DNA from: Candidatus Moraniibacteriota bacterium
GTDB lineage: Bacteria; Patescibacteriota; Minisyncoccia; Moranbacterales; UBA2206
Length of the DNA stretch: 64,000 nucleotides
NCBI GenBank assembly: GCA_049297495.1
Contig: JBAQUL010000005.1
Location: forward strand, 3,868-67,867
Direction: 5' to 3'
In this document: positions 27,787 to 38,800 of the stretch, piece by piece
Layout of the letters: every line of letters starts with the position of its first letter
Numbering within the stretch: the first letter of the stretch is position 1
The notes under the pieces: generated by a model
Database searches by the model: none
What the model was told of the DNA's origin: nothing
What the model saw: only the letters and a program-made list of their open reading frames with translations
Made by a program: the position numbers and the translations under genes

Positions 27787-28158
27787 CTATGGGCAGAGAT
27801 CAAAATTAACTCCGGCACTTGTAATAACTGCTCCTGTGCAAGTCGCAGGCAAACTAGCAGGATCAACTGGAGTCACATCAATATCATCAAAACTTCCCGA
27901 TCCATTGCACATATTGTCTGTTGAAGCTGGCGAACTCACAGATGGTGGAACCGCTGTAATGAGCATTGTGTTACCATCGTCAGAACTACATTCACTAGCA
28001 TAAGCAGATTTCAAGCTTGCAACTCCGGATTTGAAATCAGCTTGCCTGGCTTTCGCTCTCGCACTATTTAAACTAACCAAGACGATTGACGCCAAAATTC
28101 CAATAATCGCGATTACAATCAAAAGTTCAATCAAGGTAAAGCCTTTTTTATTTTTCAT
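27787..28158 (-). CDS. pilA: type IVa major pilin (paralog 2)
   Basis: MKNKKG|[31 protein letters not shown]...; the same N-terminal 45 aa and 5' leader as paralog 1 (AACTAGAAAGGCGGGTGAATTATG), with a divergent C-terminal domain. Confidence 0.85.
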   Translation of the reverse strand: MKNKKGFTLIELLIVIAIIGILASIVLVSLNSARAKARQADFKSGVASLKSAYASECSSDDGNTMLITAVPPSVSSPASTDNMCNGSGSFDDIDVTPVDPASLPATCTGAVITSAGVNFDLCP

Positions 28159-28192
28159 AATTCACCCGCCTTTCTAGTTTTAAAAATCTTTT

Positions 28193-29416
28193 CTATTTTA
28201 TCTGTCCTGCAATATTATATATCGGCATAAGAACTCCCACGGCCATAAAACCGACACCGAGTCCAATCATAATCATTAAAATTGGTTCAATCAGCGTTGA
28301 CATATTTTTTGCCATCAATTCCACTTCTTGACTATAAAACTTAGTGATATGCCCAAGTACCGCGTCGACTTGACCAGAATCCTCACCAATTTTGATCATA
28401 TGCGAAACCATTGGGGGGAAAAGTGGACTTCTGCGCAAAATGTCACTCATCGTCTCTCCTCTTTTCACATTTTCCGCAGTACGCAAAAGCAACTCTTCAT
28501 AGGCCGAATTTCCAATCACCGCACTAACAATCGTAAGCGCTTTTATAATTGGAATACCACCTGCCAAAAGCACAGCTAAATTTTCAGAAAACCTTGTGAT
28601 ATAAACATACCGAAATAACGTCCCGATTACTGGCAACTTTAATTTAATCTGATCCCATTCTTTTTTCCCCTCTGGCGTGTTGAGATAGTAAGCAATACCA
28701 GCGATAGCGCCAAAAATAAGCACCAGCACTGCCCACCAATATTGCACCATGAAATCCCCGGTTTTGATGAGTACATTCGTATACCAAGGAACTTCTGCTT
28801 CCAACTCCTTAATCATTATAGTTAGCTTCGGGATAATCAGCGTAATTACCAAAAAACCGATAATGAAAAACACGACCATAATTATTGCAGGGTAAAGCAT
28901 GGCCGATTTCACCTTGTTACTCAGATTATAGTTTTTTTCGATATTATCCGCCACATATTCGACAGACTTTCTCAAATTTCCCGAGGCTTCGCCGGCTTTG
29001 ATGATATTGATGACCAAATTAGAAAAGACTTCTTTATGTTTAGCAAGCGCATCAGACAGTGGAACACCATCCTCGATGTCCTTCATTGCTTCAGCCAGAA
29101 TGATTTTCAAAAAACTGCTCGTCGTTTGCTCTCCGATAGCTGCGAGAGCCACCACAATCGGCACCCTTGCTTCAATCAAAATTGCCAGCTGTCGAAAAAA
29201 GATTACCAACTCCTTGCTCGTGACTTTGTCAAAATATTGAGCGACTACTTTTTTGACTGAACTCCCCACCTCTTCCTCAAGACTGATTGGAAAAAGCTCA
29301 TTTTTTTGCAAAATAGCCGCAGCCACATCACGACTAGCTGCGCTGATGTAGCCAGTATTAACTTCTCCTGTTTTTGTTTTAGCTTTAAATTTAAATTTCA
29401 TATTTTTCACCCTCAA
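28193..29416 (-). CDS. pilC: type IV pilus inner-membrane platform protein (GspF family)
   Basis: 407 aa with two GspF repeats and three TM segments. Confidence 0.85.
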   Translation of the reverse strand: MRVKNMKFKFKAKTKTGEVNTGYISAASRDVAAAILQKNELFPISLEEEVGSSVKKVVAQYFDKVTSKELVIFFRQLAILIEARVPIVVALAAIGEQTTSSFLKIILAEAMKDIEDGVPLSDALAKHKEVFSNLVINIIKAGEASGNLRKSVEYVADNIEKNYNLSNKVKSAMLYPAIIMVVFFIIGFLVITLIIPKLTIMIKELEAEVPWYTNVLIKTGDFMVQYWWAVLVLIFGAIAGIAYYLNTPEGKKEWDQIKLKLPVIGTLFRYVYITRFSENLAVLLAGGIPIIKALTIVSAVIGNSAYEELLLRTAENVKRGETMSDILRRSPLFPPMVSHMIKIGEDSGQVDAVLGHITKFYSQEVELMAKNMSTLIEPILMIMIGLGVGFMAVGVLMPIYNIAGQIK

Positions 29417-29507
29417 CCATTTTTTTTATTTTTCAGAAATTTCCAGTCTTATGACTTTTTTATTATACCATCATTTCAAATAAATAGAAAATTCAGTAAC
29501 TTCTCAA

Positions 29508-30578
29508 CTAGTATCTGAGCAGTGTTTCGAAATTTTTTGTGTCCCTTGCATAGGCCGAAGCGACTTCAAGAGAAACCAAACCTCTTCTGACTAAATCGGC
29601 CAGTGAGCGATCCATTGTCACCATCCCCTCTTGAGAACTCGTTTCAATCACATTACCAATCTGATAACTTTTGTTTTCTCGGATCAAGTTTTCCACCGCA
29701 TGATTTTTAATCATGATTTCAACCGCCGGAGACCGACCCTCGTCAACCCTGGGGATCAAACGCTGAGACACGACTGCCAAAAGCACGCTGGCCAATTGGG
29801 CTCGGACTTGATTTTGCTGATGCGCAGGAAAAACATCCACGATACGATCAATTGTTTGCGGGGCATCATTGGTGTGAAGTGTCCCAAAAATCAAATGCCC
29901 GGTTTCAGCCGCTGTCATTGCCGCGGAAATCGTGTCCAAGTCTCGCAGCTCACCAATAAGCACTACGTTCGCATCCTCGCGAAAAAGTCCCTTTAGCGCC
30001 AGCTGAAAAGAATTCGTGTCTTGATAGACTTCTCTTTGATTGATAATTGAGCGATCCTGCTCATAGACATATTCAATTGGGTCTTCAATAGTCAAGATAT
30101 GCTTTTCTTGGTTATGATTAATATCATCAATCATAGCGGCTAGTGTTGTCGATTTTCCATGCCCCACCGGTCCTACCATTAAAAATAATCCTTGCGAAAC
30201 TTTGGTGAAATCATAAAGAATTTCCGGCACACCCAATTCCTCCAACGTACGAATACCTTTGGAAATTAGACGAAATGCCATACTTGTATAGCCCTGTTGA
30301 AAAAAAGCATTAACGCGAAAACGCACCTTGTCCTCAAAATTATAGGAGAGGTCGACTTGCCCTTCTTTTTCTAATTGCTTTTTCTTCTCTTCATTCAAAA
30401 CAACATCGCAAATCTCACGTGTAACTTCAGGTGTAATTATTTCATCTTGATTGAGCGAGATGAGTTTTCCGTCAATTCGATAGGTCGGATAGCGACCAAC
30501 CACCAAATGCAAGTCTGATGCTCCGCGTTGCGCGGCGATTCTTAATAAATTTTTTATTTTTTGTTCAGTTCTTAACAT
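29508..30578 (-). CDS. pilT: twitching-motility retraction ATPase
   Basis: 356 aa; Walker A GPVGHGKSTT, Asp box, His box, and PilT length. Confidence 0.85.
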   Translation of the reverse strand: MLRTEQKIKNLLRIAAQRGASDLHLVVGRYPTYRIDGKLISLNQDEIITPEVTREICDVVLNEEKKKQLEKEGQVDLSYNFEDKVRFRVNAFFQQGYTSMAFRLISKGIRTLEELGVPEILYDFTKVSQGLFLMVGPVGHGKSTTLAAMIDDINHNQEKHILTIEDPIEYVYEQDRSIINQREVYQDTNSFQLALKGLFREDANVVLIGELRDLDTISAAMTAAETGHLIFGTLHTNDAPQTIDRIVDVFPAHQQNQVRAQLASVLLAVVSQRLIPRVDEGRSPAVEIMIKNHAVENLIRENKSYQIGNVIETSSQEGMVTMDRSLADLVRRGLVSLEVASAYARDTKNFETLLRY

Positions 30579-30584
30579 AAATGT

Positions 30585-30974
30585 TTAGCTATTACCAATA
30601 AGCAAATTTATTTTCTCCAAAACTTCTGATGGCGTGAAATGAGATTTGATCAAATAATCCTTCGCTCCCAATCCCATCCCCTTGTCAATCTCGGCCTTTT
30701 GACTTAAGTTAGTGAGCAAGATTACCGGGATATTCTTTAGTTTATCATCATTTTTTATCCGTTCCAAAACTTCTAGTCCGCCAAGATAGGGCATGATAAT
30801 GTCTAGCAAAATCAAGTCGGGAATTTGTTTTTCTTCTTGTAGTTTTTTTAGCGCGTCAATTCCATTATTCGCACTGATCACATCAAAGCCGGACTGCGTG
30901 AGTTTTGTGTGATAGATGTCCATGACGAAATAGTCATCCTCGATAATCATGATCTTCTTTTTCTGCTCTTCCAT
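30585..30974 (-). CDS. single-domain CheY-like response-regulator receiver
   Basis: 129 aa; MIIEDD...LILLDIIMP...K, with the conserved D/D/T/K positions of a REC domain. Confidence 0.75.
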   Translation of the reverse strand: MEEQKKKIMIIEDDYFVMDIYHTKLTQSGFDVISANNGIDALKKLQEEKQIPDLILLDIIMPYLGGLEVLERIKNDDKLKNIPVILLTNLSQKAEIDKGMGLGAKDYLIKSHFTPSEVLEKINLLIGNS

Positions 30975-31003
30975 AAAATTATAGTTAAAAAATAAAAATA
31001 TAC

Positions 31004-32677
31004 TTAATCGTTTTCCTCAGTCAGGGTTGTGAAATTGCACTCTGTTACTCGCTCTACCTCTTCAATTGTTGTGAGCCCTTGGATAATCTTCAATATTCCA
31101 TCCTGCTCAATCGTAATCACCCCCATCCGATCGCGCTCTTTTTTGAGCAATTCTTCACTGCCTCTTTTTTCAATAATAATATTCCTGATTTCCTCTGTCA
31201 CCGGGACTGCTTCATAGATCGCTACTCGCCCTTTAAGTCCCGTTCCGTTGCAAGCGTCACACCCAGCGCCATGATAAAACTTGAGTCCATCCGCCAATTT
31301 TATCCCATAATTCTCCAATTCTTTTTCGTCAATATTCTTTATTTTTTCCGCTATTCCGCCGCTAACCACAGGAGAAACCGTAATCTCTTTTTTGCATTTT
31401 TCGCAAATTCGCCGCACCAAACGCTGGGCAATCACCATTCTTAGTGACGAAGAAAGCAAGAATGGCTCAATTTTCATATCAATCAACCGCGGAATGGCGC
31501 CGATAGCTGTGTTTGTATGCAACGTAGAAAACATCAAATGCCCCGTAAGAGCAGCGTGAACCGCCAGCTCTGCTGTTTCGGCGTCACGGATTTCTCCCAC
31601 CATAATCACATTGGGATCTTGACGCAAAACCGTTCGCAGACCTGAAGCAAAAGTATAGCCTATTTCCGGCTTGATCTGGCTTTGATTCAGGCCTTCGATG
31701 AAATATTCCACCGGATCTTCCAGTGTTATGATATTTCGCTCTTCGTTATTTAAAATTTTTAAAAGAGTGTAAAGTGTGGTTGATTTTCCACTACCAGTCG
31801 GACCAGTCATCAAAATCATCCCATATGTCTCACGAATTGCCACACTAATATCATGCTTTGCCATCCCGACGAGTCCAAGATTATCAATACTACTCGTACC
31901 ACTATCCTTGTCCAAGATTCTCATTACAATCTTTTCTCCGCCAACAACAGGCAAAGATGAGACGCGAAAGTCGATATCTTTTTTGTTAAAATTCAGTCGA
32001 AACCGACCATCTTGCGGCTTTCTCTTTTCATCAATTTTCAAATTGGCCAAAATTTTTATGCGAGAAATCACCACCGGACCAATCTCGATCGGAAAAATCA
32101 AGCTGACATGCAGAACACCGTCCACTCGAAAACGGACACGATAATCTTTGTCCATCGGTTCAATGTGGATGTCGCTAGCCTTTCCTTCCACAGCATGACT
32201 AATAATCACTTCCACTAACTTCGTAACAGGCGCGTCTTTCAAAATTTCCGCTTCCTTTTTCTTTCCTGAAACAGCACTATTACTATCCTCAATCGCTAAT
32301 TGATCCTTTTCATCTTCGAAAGAGTCAACTGCTTCCTTCAACGCCTCATTCGTTTCATTATAGAAAGCAAATAAATCAGCGAATACTTTTTGCGAGACTG
32401 CATAAGTCTCAATTTTGCCCCTCTCTTTTTCCGCCACAAAATTCAAAGTGTTCAAAGCTTGCGCGTCTTCCGGATCAGTCATTGCCACCTTCAAAATATC
32501 TCCCGACTTACCAAAAACCATCATACCATATTTCTCTGCAACTTCCTTGGGAATCATATTGACAAGACTGCCCGCAACAGTTTTCGGCGCCTCACGCAAA
32601 ATATTCTGTCGAAGACCATCCGCAGCATTTCCATCGACAGCCTCTTCATTTTTCACATCATCATCTTTCGGAGTCAT
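31004..32677 (-). CDS. pilB: type IV pilus assembly ATPase (GspE family)
   Basis: 557 aa; N-terminal GspE_N domain, Walker A GPTGSGKSTT, and a C-terminal tetracysteine motif CEKC...CDAC. Confidence 0.9.
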   Translation of the reverse strand: MTPKDDDVKNEEAVDGNAADGLRQNILREAPKTVAGSLVNMIPKEVAEKYGMMVFGKSGDILKVAMTDPEDAQALNTLNFVAEKERGKIETYAVSQKVFADLFAFYNETNEALKEAVDSFEDEKDQLAIEDSNSAVSGKKKEAEILKDAPVTKLVEVIISHAVEGKASDIHIEPMDKDYRVRFRVDGVLHVSLIFPIEIGPVVISRIKILANLKIDEKRKPQDGRFRLNFNKKDIDFRVSSLPVVGGEKIVMRILDKDSGTSSIDNLGLVGMAKHDISVAIRETYGMILMTGPTGSGKSTTLYTLLKILNNEERNIITLEDPVEYFIEGLNQSQIKPEIGYTFASGLRTVLRQDPNVIMVGEIRDAETAELAVHAALTGHLMFSTLHTNTAIGAIPRLIDMKIEPFLLSSSLRMVIAQRLVRRICEKCKKEITVSPVVSGGIAEKIKNIDEKELENYGIKLADGLKFYHGAGCDACNGTGLKGRVAIYEAVPVTEEIRNIIIEKRGSEELLKKERDRMGVITIEQDGILKIIQGLTTIEEVERVTECNFTTLTEEND

Positions 32678-33465
32678 TATTTTGCAAGTATAAAAGGATT
32701 ATTCCCTCTTTTTTGTCCCGGCATAACATTATTAACATCAACATTTCGACTACTGCTTATTTTTCCAATAATCTGACTATCAAAACTTCCCGTCGAAAAA
32801 ATTTCATTACTAAGATCAGCATCAGTCAATCTCTTCGGTTCATTCAAATAATTAAACTCCAAAAGCATATTTGCTTGCAACGAATCACTTACCTCCTGAT
32901 TTTCTGTCATCAGCGTTTTTATCTCTAGTCCTGCAAATTTATTAAATCTTTTCAACTTTTGAATTTTCGCAATCAACACTTTTATATTATCATAGCCACC
33001 AACAACTGAGTATTTTACTTTCAATTTCTTTGGTACTAGCTTCGGTGCGTTAGGCACAATAGCTCCTGTGACAGGATCGGTAATCGGCGGTGCAATTGAA
33101 AGCGTACTAACCTCTGCAGCGACAGCAGCATCTGACAACTCGGAAACCGAAATTTCCAATACGGCCAAAGTGCTTCCTGTTGCCTGTAAGTTTAGATTTT
33201 CAATAATTTTTTCTTCCTCCTTGCTCTTGGGAATGTAATCAAAAACAACTGCATTTTGGGTAGTATTACTATTTAGCTCTGATCCCAATTTCTCTGCGTT
33301 ACTGATATTGCTATCCAGCTTAGCCATGAGCGCCTCTTGCTCTGCCATTTTCGCACTCCTTTCTCTGACACCATCCACGCCGTCATAGGCAGGATAGACG
33401 TACCAAATAATTGCGACTACGATAACAATGATTAGTCCCGGAGCTAATAGTATTTTTATTTTCAT
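32677..33465 (-). CDS. pilO: PilO-like pilus assembly protein
   Basis: 262 aa; N-terminal TM segment, a coiled coil, and a C-terminal alpha/beta domain. Its stop overlaps the pilB start. Confidence 0.6.
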   Translation of the reverse strand: MKIKILLAPGLIIVIVVAIIWYVYPAYDGVDGVRERSAKMAEQEALMAKLDSNISNAEKLGSELNSNTTQNAVVFDYIPKSKEEEKIIENLNLQATGSTLAVLEISVSELSDAAVAAEVSTLSIAPPITDPVTGAIVPNAPKLVPKKLKVKYSVVGGYDNIKVLIAKIQKLKRFNKFAGLEIKTLMTENQEVSDSLQANMLLEFNYLNEPKRLTDADLSNEIFSTGSFDSQIIGKISSSRNVDVNNVMPGQKRGNNPFILAK

Positions 33466-33470
33466 ATTTT

Positions 33471-33983
33471 TTATTTAATCGTTAAAACAACAGGGAAATT
33501 AATCATCCTTCTTTTCGCATCAAGCTTTGTCTCCCCTGCAAGGACAGTTGAAAAATAGTCATCCCCCTTAAAGCTCAAAATTTGCTTTGCCACCGTGTCA
33601 TAACTGTCAGCAAAGCAATCAATCTTAATTATCTTGGCCGCTTCATCATAGGTATAGGATTCAAGATATACGCCATCAATCATCACACTTTCGATATTTT
33701 CCAGATCCCTCCCATTATCCCGTTCCATTGCAAGAAGCTCATTTGAAATCGTCAATCTATTTTGAAAATCCAAAACTTTTTTGGAATCGCCAATGGTAAA
33801 CATATTAAATTTAGCCGCATACTCTTCTTTAGCAGTCGCTAAATCGGTCCCCAGCTTATTCCCATAAAAAATCATTCCTCCATAAATCAGCAAGACAACA
33901 AAGAATATCACTAAGAGAACAGTAGTGCCTGTTCCAAGCATTTTCGTATTTTCTCTGTCTGTAACTAAATTTATATTTGCCAT
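33471..33983 (-). CDS. pilN: PilN-like pilus assembly protein
   Basis: 170 aa; single TM segment plus a periplasmic domain. Confidence 0.6.
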   Translation of the reverse strand: MANINLVTDRENTKMLGTGTTVLLVIFFVVLLIYGGMIFYGNKLGTDLATAKEEYAAKFNMFTIGDSKKVLDFQNRLTISNELLAMERDNGRDLENIESVMIDGVYLESYTYDEAAKIIKIDCFADSYDTVAKQILSFKGDDYFSTVLAGETKLDAKRRMINFPVVLTIK

Positions 33984-34072
33984 TTTATTATTTCTACCTC
34001 GCTAAATTCGTCACTCATTCTGGACGACCCTGCCCAAAAGCAAGTTCAGCGAAATATCTTAAATTGTTTTAA

Positions 34073-35209
34073 CTATTTTTTATTTAAATTATCTTTCAAA
34101 TACTCGTCCACACCCTTCAATGCCAATCCAACCGCAATATTGAGATTATTTTGGATATCCGCAATGGTTGATTTTAACCGACTATCATAGCCGATTCGTG
34201 CAAAAGGATTGCCAATTGTTGTTTTTATCTTCAGCTTATTGGAAAAATAATCTGCAATGCCTGTCAATTTTGAAGTTCCGCCAGAAAGGATAATTTCCTC
34301 AATTTTATTCCGCTCACCATCCTTGCAATAAGCCCGAATCATTCGTTCTACCTCTCCCGTGATCAGTTCGAGTGTGAAAAAACTAATTGCCGATTCAGTT
34401 TCAAAAAAATTCTTACCAGAAATTTTGAGCGCCTCTGCTCTTTCCATGTCAATTCCCATTGCCTTTGCTATCGTCTTAGTCATTTCGATTCCACCCGCAT
34501 CAATATTTCGATTAATTCTGATTACCCCTTTTTCAACCAAGATGATATTGCAAACTCGCGCGCCAATATCCACAATAACGAAGCTACCTGTGTCATTACC
34601 CACTAGCGAGCGCACGACTGAAAAAGTTTCGATATCAATCGACTTCAAATCCAAGCCAGAAAGCTTGATCAGATTTTCATATTTCAAAACCTTTTTTCGT
34701 GAAGCAGCCACAAGTAAAACCTTAACCCGCACCCCGGAATCAGACTCCTTGACATCTCCACCAGCATCACCCGAAACCGGACGCTCTCTAATCAAAGACG
34801 CGGAATGGGTCTCTCTTTCGACAACCTCCCAACTAATTACCACTTCATCCAGTGAGGTTGGGATATATTTATGCGCCTCAAACTTAATTGCTTGCTCCAT
34901 GTCGCTATCAGCCATTTCAGGAAAATCAATGAGCGTTATGAGTCCTCCAAAAGCCGGCAAAGAAACATAGGCATCTCGCCCAGAAAACTTAGCCTTTTTA
35001 ATGACTCTTTTTAGGCATTGTGGCAGGATAACTTGAAAATATTCAACATTTTCATCTCCTTTTCCAGAATTGCTTCCATCCAGTGACATCCAGGCATAAT
35101 TAGAAAGCATCGGCCTTCCATCTACGACAGTAAGTTCAACCACCTTAATAGCAGCTGACCCAATATCAACACCCACAAATACATTTTTTTTGAAACTAAA
35201 ATCAAACAT
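34073..35209 (-). CDS. pilM: PilM, actin-like ATPase of the pilus alignment complex
   Basis: 378 aa; N-terminal VGVDIGSAAIKVV phosphate-1 motif. Confidence 0.8.
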   Translation of the reverse strand: MFDFSFKKNVFVGVDIGSAAIKVVELTVVDGRPMLSNYAWMSLDGSNSGKGDENVEYFQVILPQCLKRVIKKAKFSGRDAYVSLPAFGGLITLIDFPEMADSDMEQAIKFEAHKYIPTSLDEVVISWEVVERETHSASLIRERPVSGDAGGDVKESDSGVRVKVLLVAASRKKVLKYENLIKLSGLDLKSIDIETFSVVRSLVGNDTGSFVIVDIGARVCNIILVEKGVIRINRNIDAGGIEMTKTIAKAMGIDMERAEALKISGKNFFETESAISFFTLELITGEVERMIRAYCKDGERNKIEEIILSGGTSKLTGIADYFSNKLKIKTTIGNPFARIGYDSRLKSTIADIQNNLNIAVGLALKGVDEYLKDNLNKK

Positions 35210-35242
35210 TATTATAAGTAATTTTTTGCTTTTTATCTTTCT

Positions 35243-35290
35243 TTAAATTTATTATACCATACTTTTCAGAAAAACAAACACGAAATTCCT
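35243..35290 (-). promoter_or_regulatory. candidate sigma70 promoter with an extended -10 upstream of pilM
   Basis: Minus-strand ...GTTTGT-N17-TGGTATAAT... (-10 at 35251-35259) about 35 nt upstream of the pilM ATG. Confidence 0.35.
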
Positions 35291-35371
35291 CTCCAAGGAC
35301 AATAGCTAGAAATATGTCTCGGTTTTTTTGTCCAGCCCAACTTTCTATTTTTGTCTATTCTAGCTCAAACC

Positions 35372-35809
35372 CTATTTCTCTTGTACTTGAACTTTTGTTA
35401 CGGAAATTTCTGTCGCATTTTTCGTGGTCTTATCGTAAGTCACTTTGACAGAATCCCCCACCTTGAGATCAGACAATTGAGCAGTTCCCAAGCTTTTTCC
35501 ATCAAGACTAACATTTAGCACAGAGATTGAACTGCTCACGTTGACGGATACGGTTTCTCTCATCTGCCTTATGCTCAAAGTTTTTTCATCAATCGTACTA
35601 ATACTACCCATAATGCTCACGGTGTCGTCCTGTTTCACACTTTCCGCAGCTTGTTTTGATGAAGCAGTAACTTCTTTTTTTTCAGTAATCGTTTTTTGAG
35701 AAGGAACCGTTTTTTTATTCTTCTCATTGCTACTTCTGACTACCACAAAAAGTCCAACCAAAAGTACGAAAAGCGCAAAGCCTAAGATGAGAATTTTTTT
35801 TCTGTCCAT
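35372..35809 (-). CDS. small membrane-anchored hypothetical protein
   Basis: 145 aa; N-terminal TM segment and a Ser/Thr/Lys-rich ectodomain. Confidence 0.45.
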   Translation of the reverse strand: MDRKKILILGFALFVLLVGLFVVVRSSNEKNKKTVPSQKTITEKKEVTASSKQAAESVKQDDTVSIMGSISTIDEKTLSIRQMRETVSVNVSSSISVLNVSLDGKSLGTAQLSDLKVGDSVKVTYDKTTKNATEISVTKVQVQEK

Positions 35810-35833
35810 AAAATTATTATAATAAGTTACTTT

Positions 35834-38800
35834 TTAATGAGAAATCTCCTGCCAGCCTCCTGAATTACAAGGACAATAAATCGTTCCCGTGCAAGAAGTT
35901 GCGAGACATGGTGGAACACCACATCCAGGTGGAGCAACAGGAAGACATTCTTCATTTTGAACTCCGCAAACACCAGGAGTGCAAGTGGTCGGGTAGTAAC
36001 ATTGAGGAGTCATTGAGCAAGAATAATATTCACAAATTCCGCTTGCACCAGTGCAAGCACCAAAAGTTGCTTTGTTTGTCCATGGTTGCAAAGAGCTAAA
36101 ACCCGTCTCTTGAGTTCCTGGGCATTTTGTTGTTCCTGCTGGTGGAGTGACTGGATTACAACCAAATGTTCCAGCTGGAGTATAATATTCACAAATTCCG
36201 CTCACTCCCGTGCAAGCGGCAAGAGTTCCTTTGGGGGTCCATGGTTGAGCAGAACTAAAGCCTGCTTCTCGAGTTCCAGGACATTTTAGCGTTCCGACTG
36301 GTGGAGTGACTGGATTACAGCCGAATGTTCCACTAGGGATGTAATACTCGCACATTCCAAGCACCCCGGTGCAAGCAGCAAGAGTTCCCCGATTTGTCCA
36401 GGACTGAGGAGAAATAAATCCCGATTCTCTGGTTCCTGGACACTTCATTGTTCCGGTAGGTTGAGTTGTCGGCATGCAAGTGTACGAAGTCGTAGGAACG
36501 CAATGGCAACCATCACAACTTGTTCCCGATGGACAAGGCGTTCCACCACTAAATACCGTACTACATTCACAATCATCATTAACTAACACACTAGCAGAGC
36601 AAGGGGTACCTCTTGTTGCTCCCATGTATGGAGTGAATGTGCAGGTTTCCGTTCCAGTTTGTGAGGCAGTAAAATCAAATGGATAACCAGTAATATTAGA
36701 CAATCCGTAATCACCTTCTGGAATTGTTGCACCGATTCCAGAGCAAGTACCAAGCATCTTATCCGCATTGGAAGGAATCCATGTGAGCCTGGAAGTTCCA
36801 GGAGCGGTTAAACTCGTTGGTGAGAAATTTGCAACACAAGAAGGACTAGCGCAATCTATGGTTGTACTACAAGTCTTATTAGCGCCACCATTCAATCCTA
36901 AACATGTCCATCCCCACCATGTGCCAGAATATACCGTCGGCGCTCCTTGTAATGTACCCAGGGTGCAAAGATTACTAGTTGGCGCTAAACAGGAAATTCC
37001 TCCATTCGAAGAACCACAGACTGCATCAGCCCTCACGGAAACTGTTGCTTCGCAAGTAGCGCCTGGAGTTGCTCCATTGTACGGAGTAAAAGTACATACC
37101 TCTGTTCCAGTTTGGTCTACGGTAAAAGGAATCGACCCGGAACCACTGGCAGGATTAGCGACATTCATCGCAGGACTAATCGGCATTGGACCTGTGCAAG
37201 ACACTGTCATTGAATCACCGATGGAATCCCATTCAAGGACAGAACTAGCAGGAGTAGCTGATGTGGTAGTTATATTAGAAGGAGAGAACGAAGCATGACA
37301 TGAAGCTGGCTGGCAACTCTTAGTAGCAGAGCAACTCACGCTACCGCCACCATTAGCCCCCGCACAAGTCCAAAACCATGGACCAGAGCCAGTAACCGTA
37401 GAAGCGGTGCTTGATGAATCACAAAGATTAGCAGTCGGCTGTGTGCATGGGGATGTTCCATTAACAATGCCACAAACCCCTCGTGGCCTCACCAGTACAC
37501 TGGCGGAACAAGGAGTTCCGGCAGTTGCACCAATATATGGCGTGAAAGTACAAGTTTCCGTCCCACTATCCGTCGCGACAAAAGGAAAGGGAAAATTACT
37601 ATAAGACAGACCATAATCAGCCGCTGGAATCGCGCTCCCAATACCAGAACACGCGCCAATTGTCCTGTCCGCGTTGGAAGAATTCCAGGTAAGATATACC
37701 GTATCAGGAGCTTGAATGTCTGTGTCAGAAAATGAAACAGTACACGTAGGAGTGGGAATTACCGCGCTGACTACCGCAGAAGCATAACAAGCCGCGCCGG
37801 CCGTTGAACCATTATATGGAATAAACGTGCAACGAACAGTCCCTGTTTGATTCAAATAAATACCAAAGTTAGTGTAGCTGGCAGCGACATTGGGACCGTC
37901 TATGCTTGGCGAAAGTCCGCTGCAAAAAAGCATTCCATGTGTTGAATCATTCGTTGACCAAGTCAAAGGTCCCCAGCTATTAACATTATAGGAGCTAGCA
38001 CTAAAATGAATTTCACAAGTAGGATTGGAGGGAGGAGCAACCGTGTAATAAATATCGCCAGTCGCTAAATCAAAATTGCCACCACCAGATGTTGTGCCAG
38101 AGCAATTAGCGGCAACACCCCCAGAGCCTTCTCCAGTTATACAAGCCTTGAGAGAAATGACACCACTTGACGATGGCGCGTTACCAGCACTCCAAGAACC
38201 AAAATTGCTAACAGTACAACCGTTTTCAGCAGTGAATGCGCTATTGCCCTTCCAGCCAAAATCAGACCAGCTACCCGATGTGTTCGTTGCAGCTAATAGT
38301 GTAGTATTCCCACCAGAATAATTAACGCAACCAGTGAGGGCTGCACTTCCGTCATATGTCACGGATATCGCCTCTCCTGGGATATAAGTTCCTTTATTTA
38401 AATTCACAGAATAACTAAAAGCTCCCCAACTATTAAATGGCCTAGAAAGTGTAAGAGCCTCCACGCTTTGCAATCTCCAACCAAACAAAGCCCCAAACAA
38501 AAGCAAAAGCAATAACAAATTTTCAGTTTTGTTTTTCTTGTAAGAAAAAAGTGTTTTAACAACAATGGCAATCACCAAAAATAACAGGATTATGGATACT
38601 ATCAACAATACTGCTTTCTTGATATTATTTGGACTACTTTTTTGAGTTTCGCCTTCGCTGATTTTATCTTTTTGAAAATGCAAGTCTCTTTCCGCCAAGA
38701 CTTTACCTTGTTCATTTTTGAGGGTTATTTTAACATTCGGACTAGAGCAATCAATGTTGGATTTAAGCTCAAATTTAGCTATGTTTGAATTTTGATCCAA

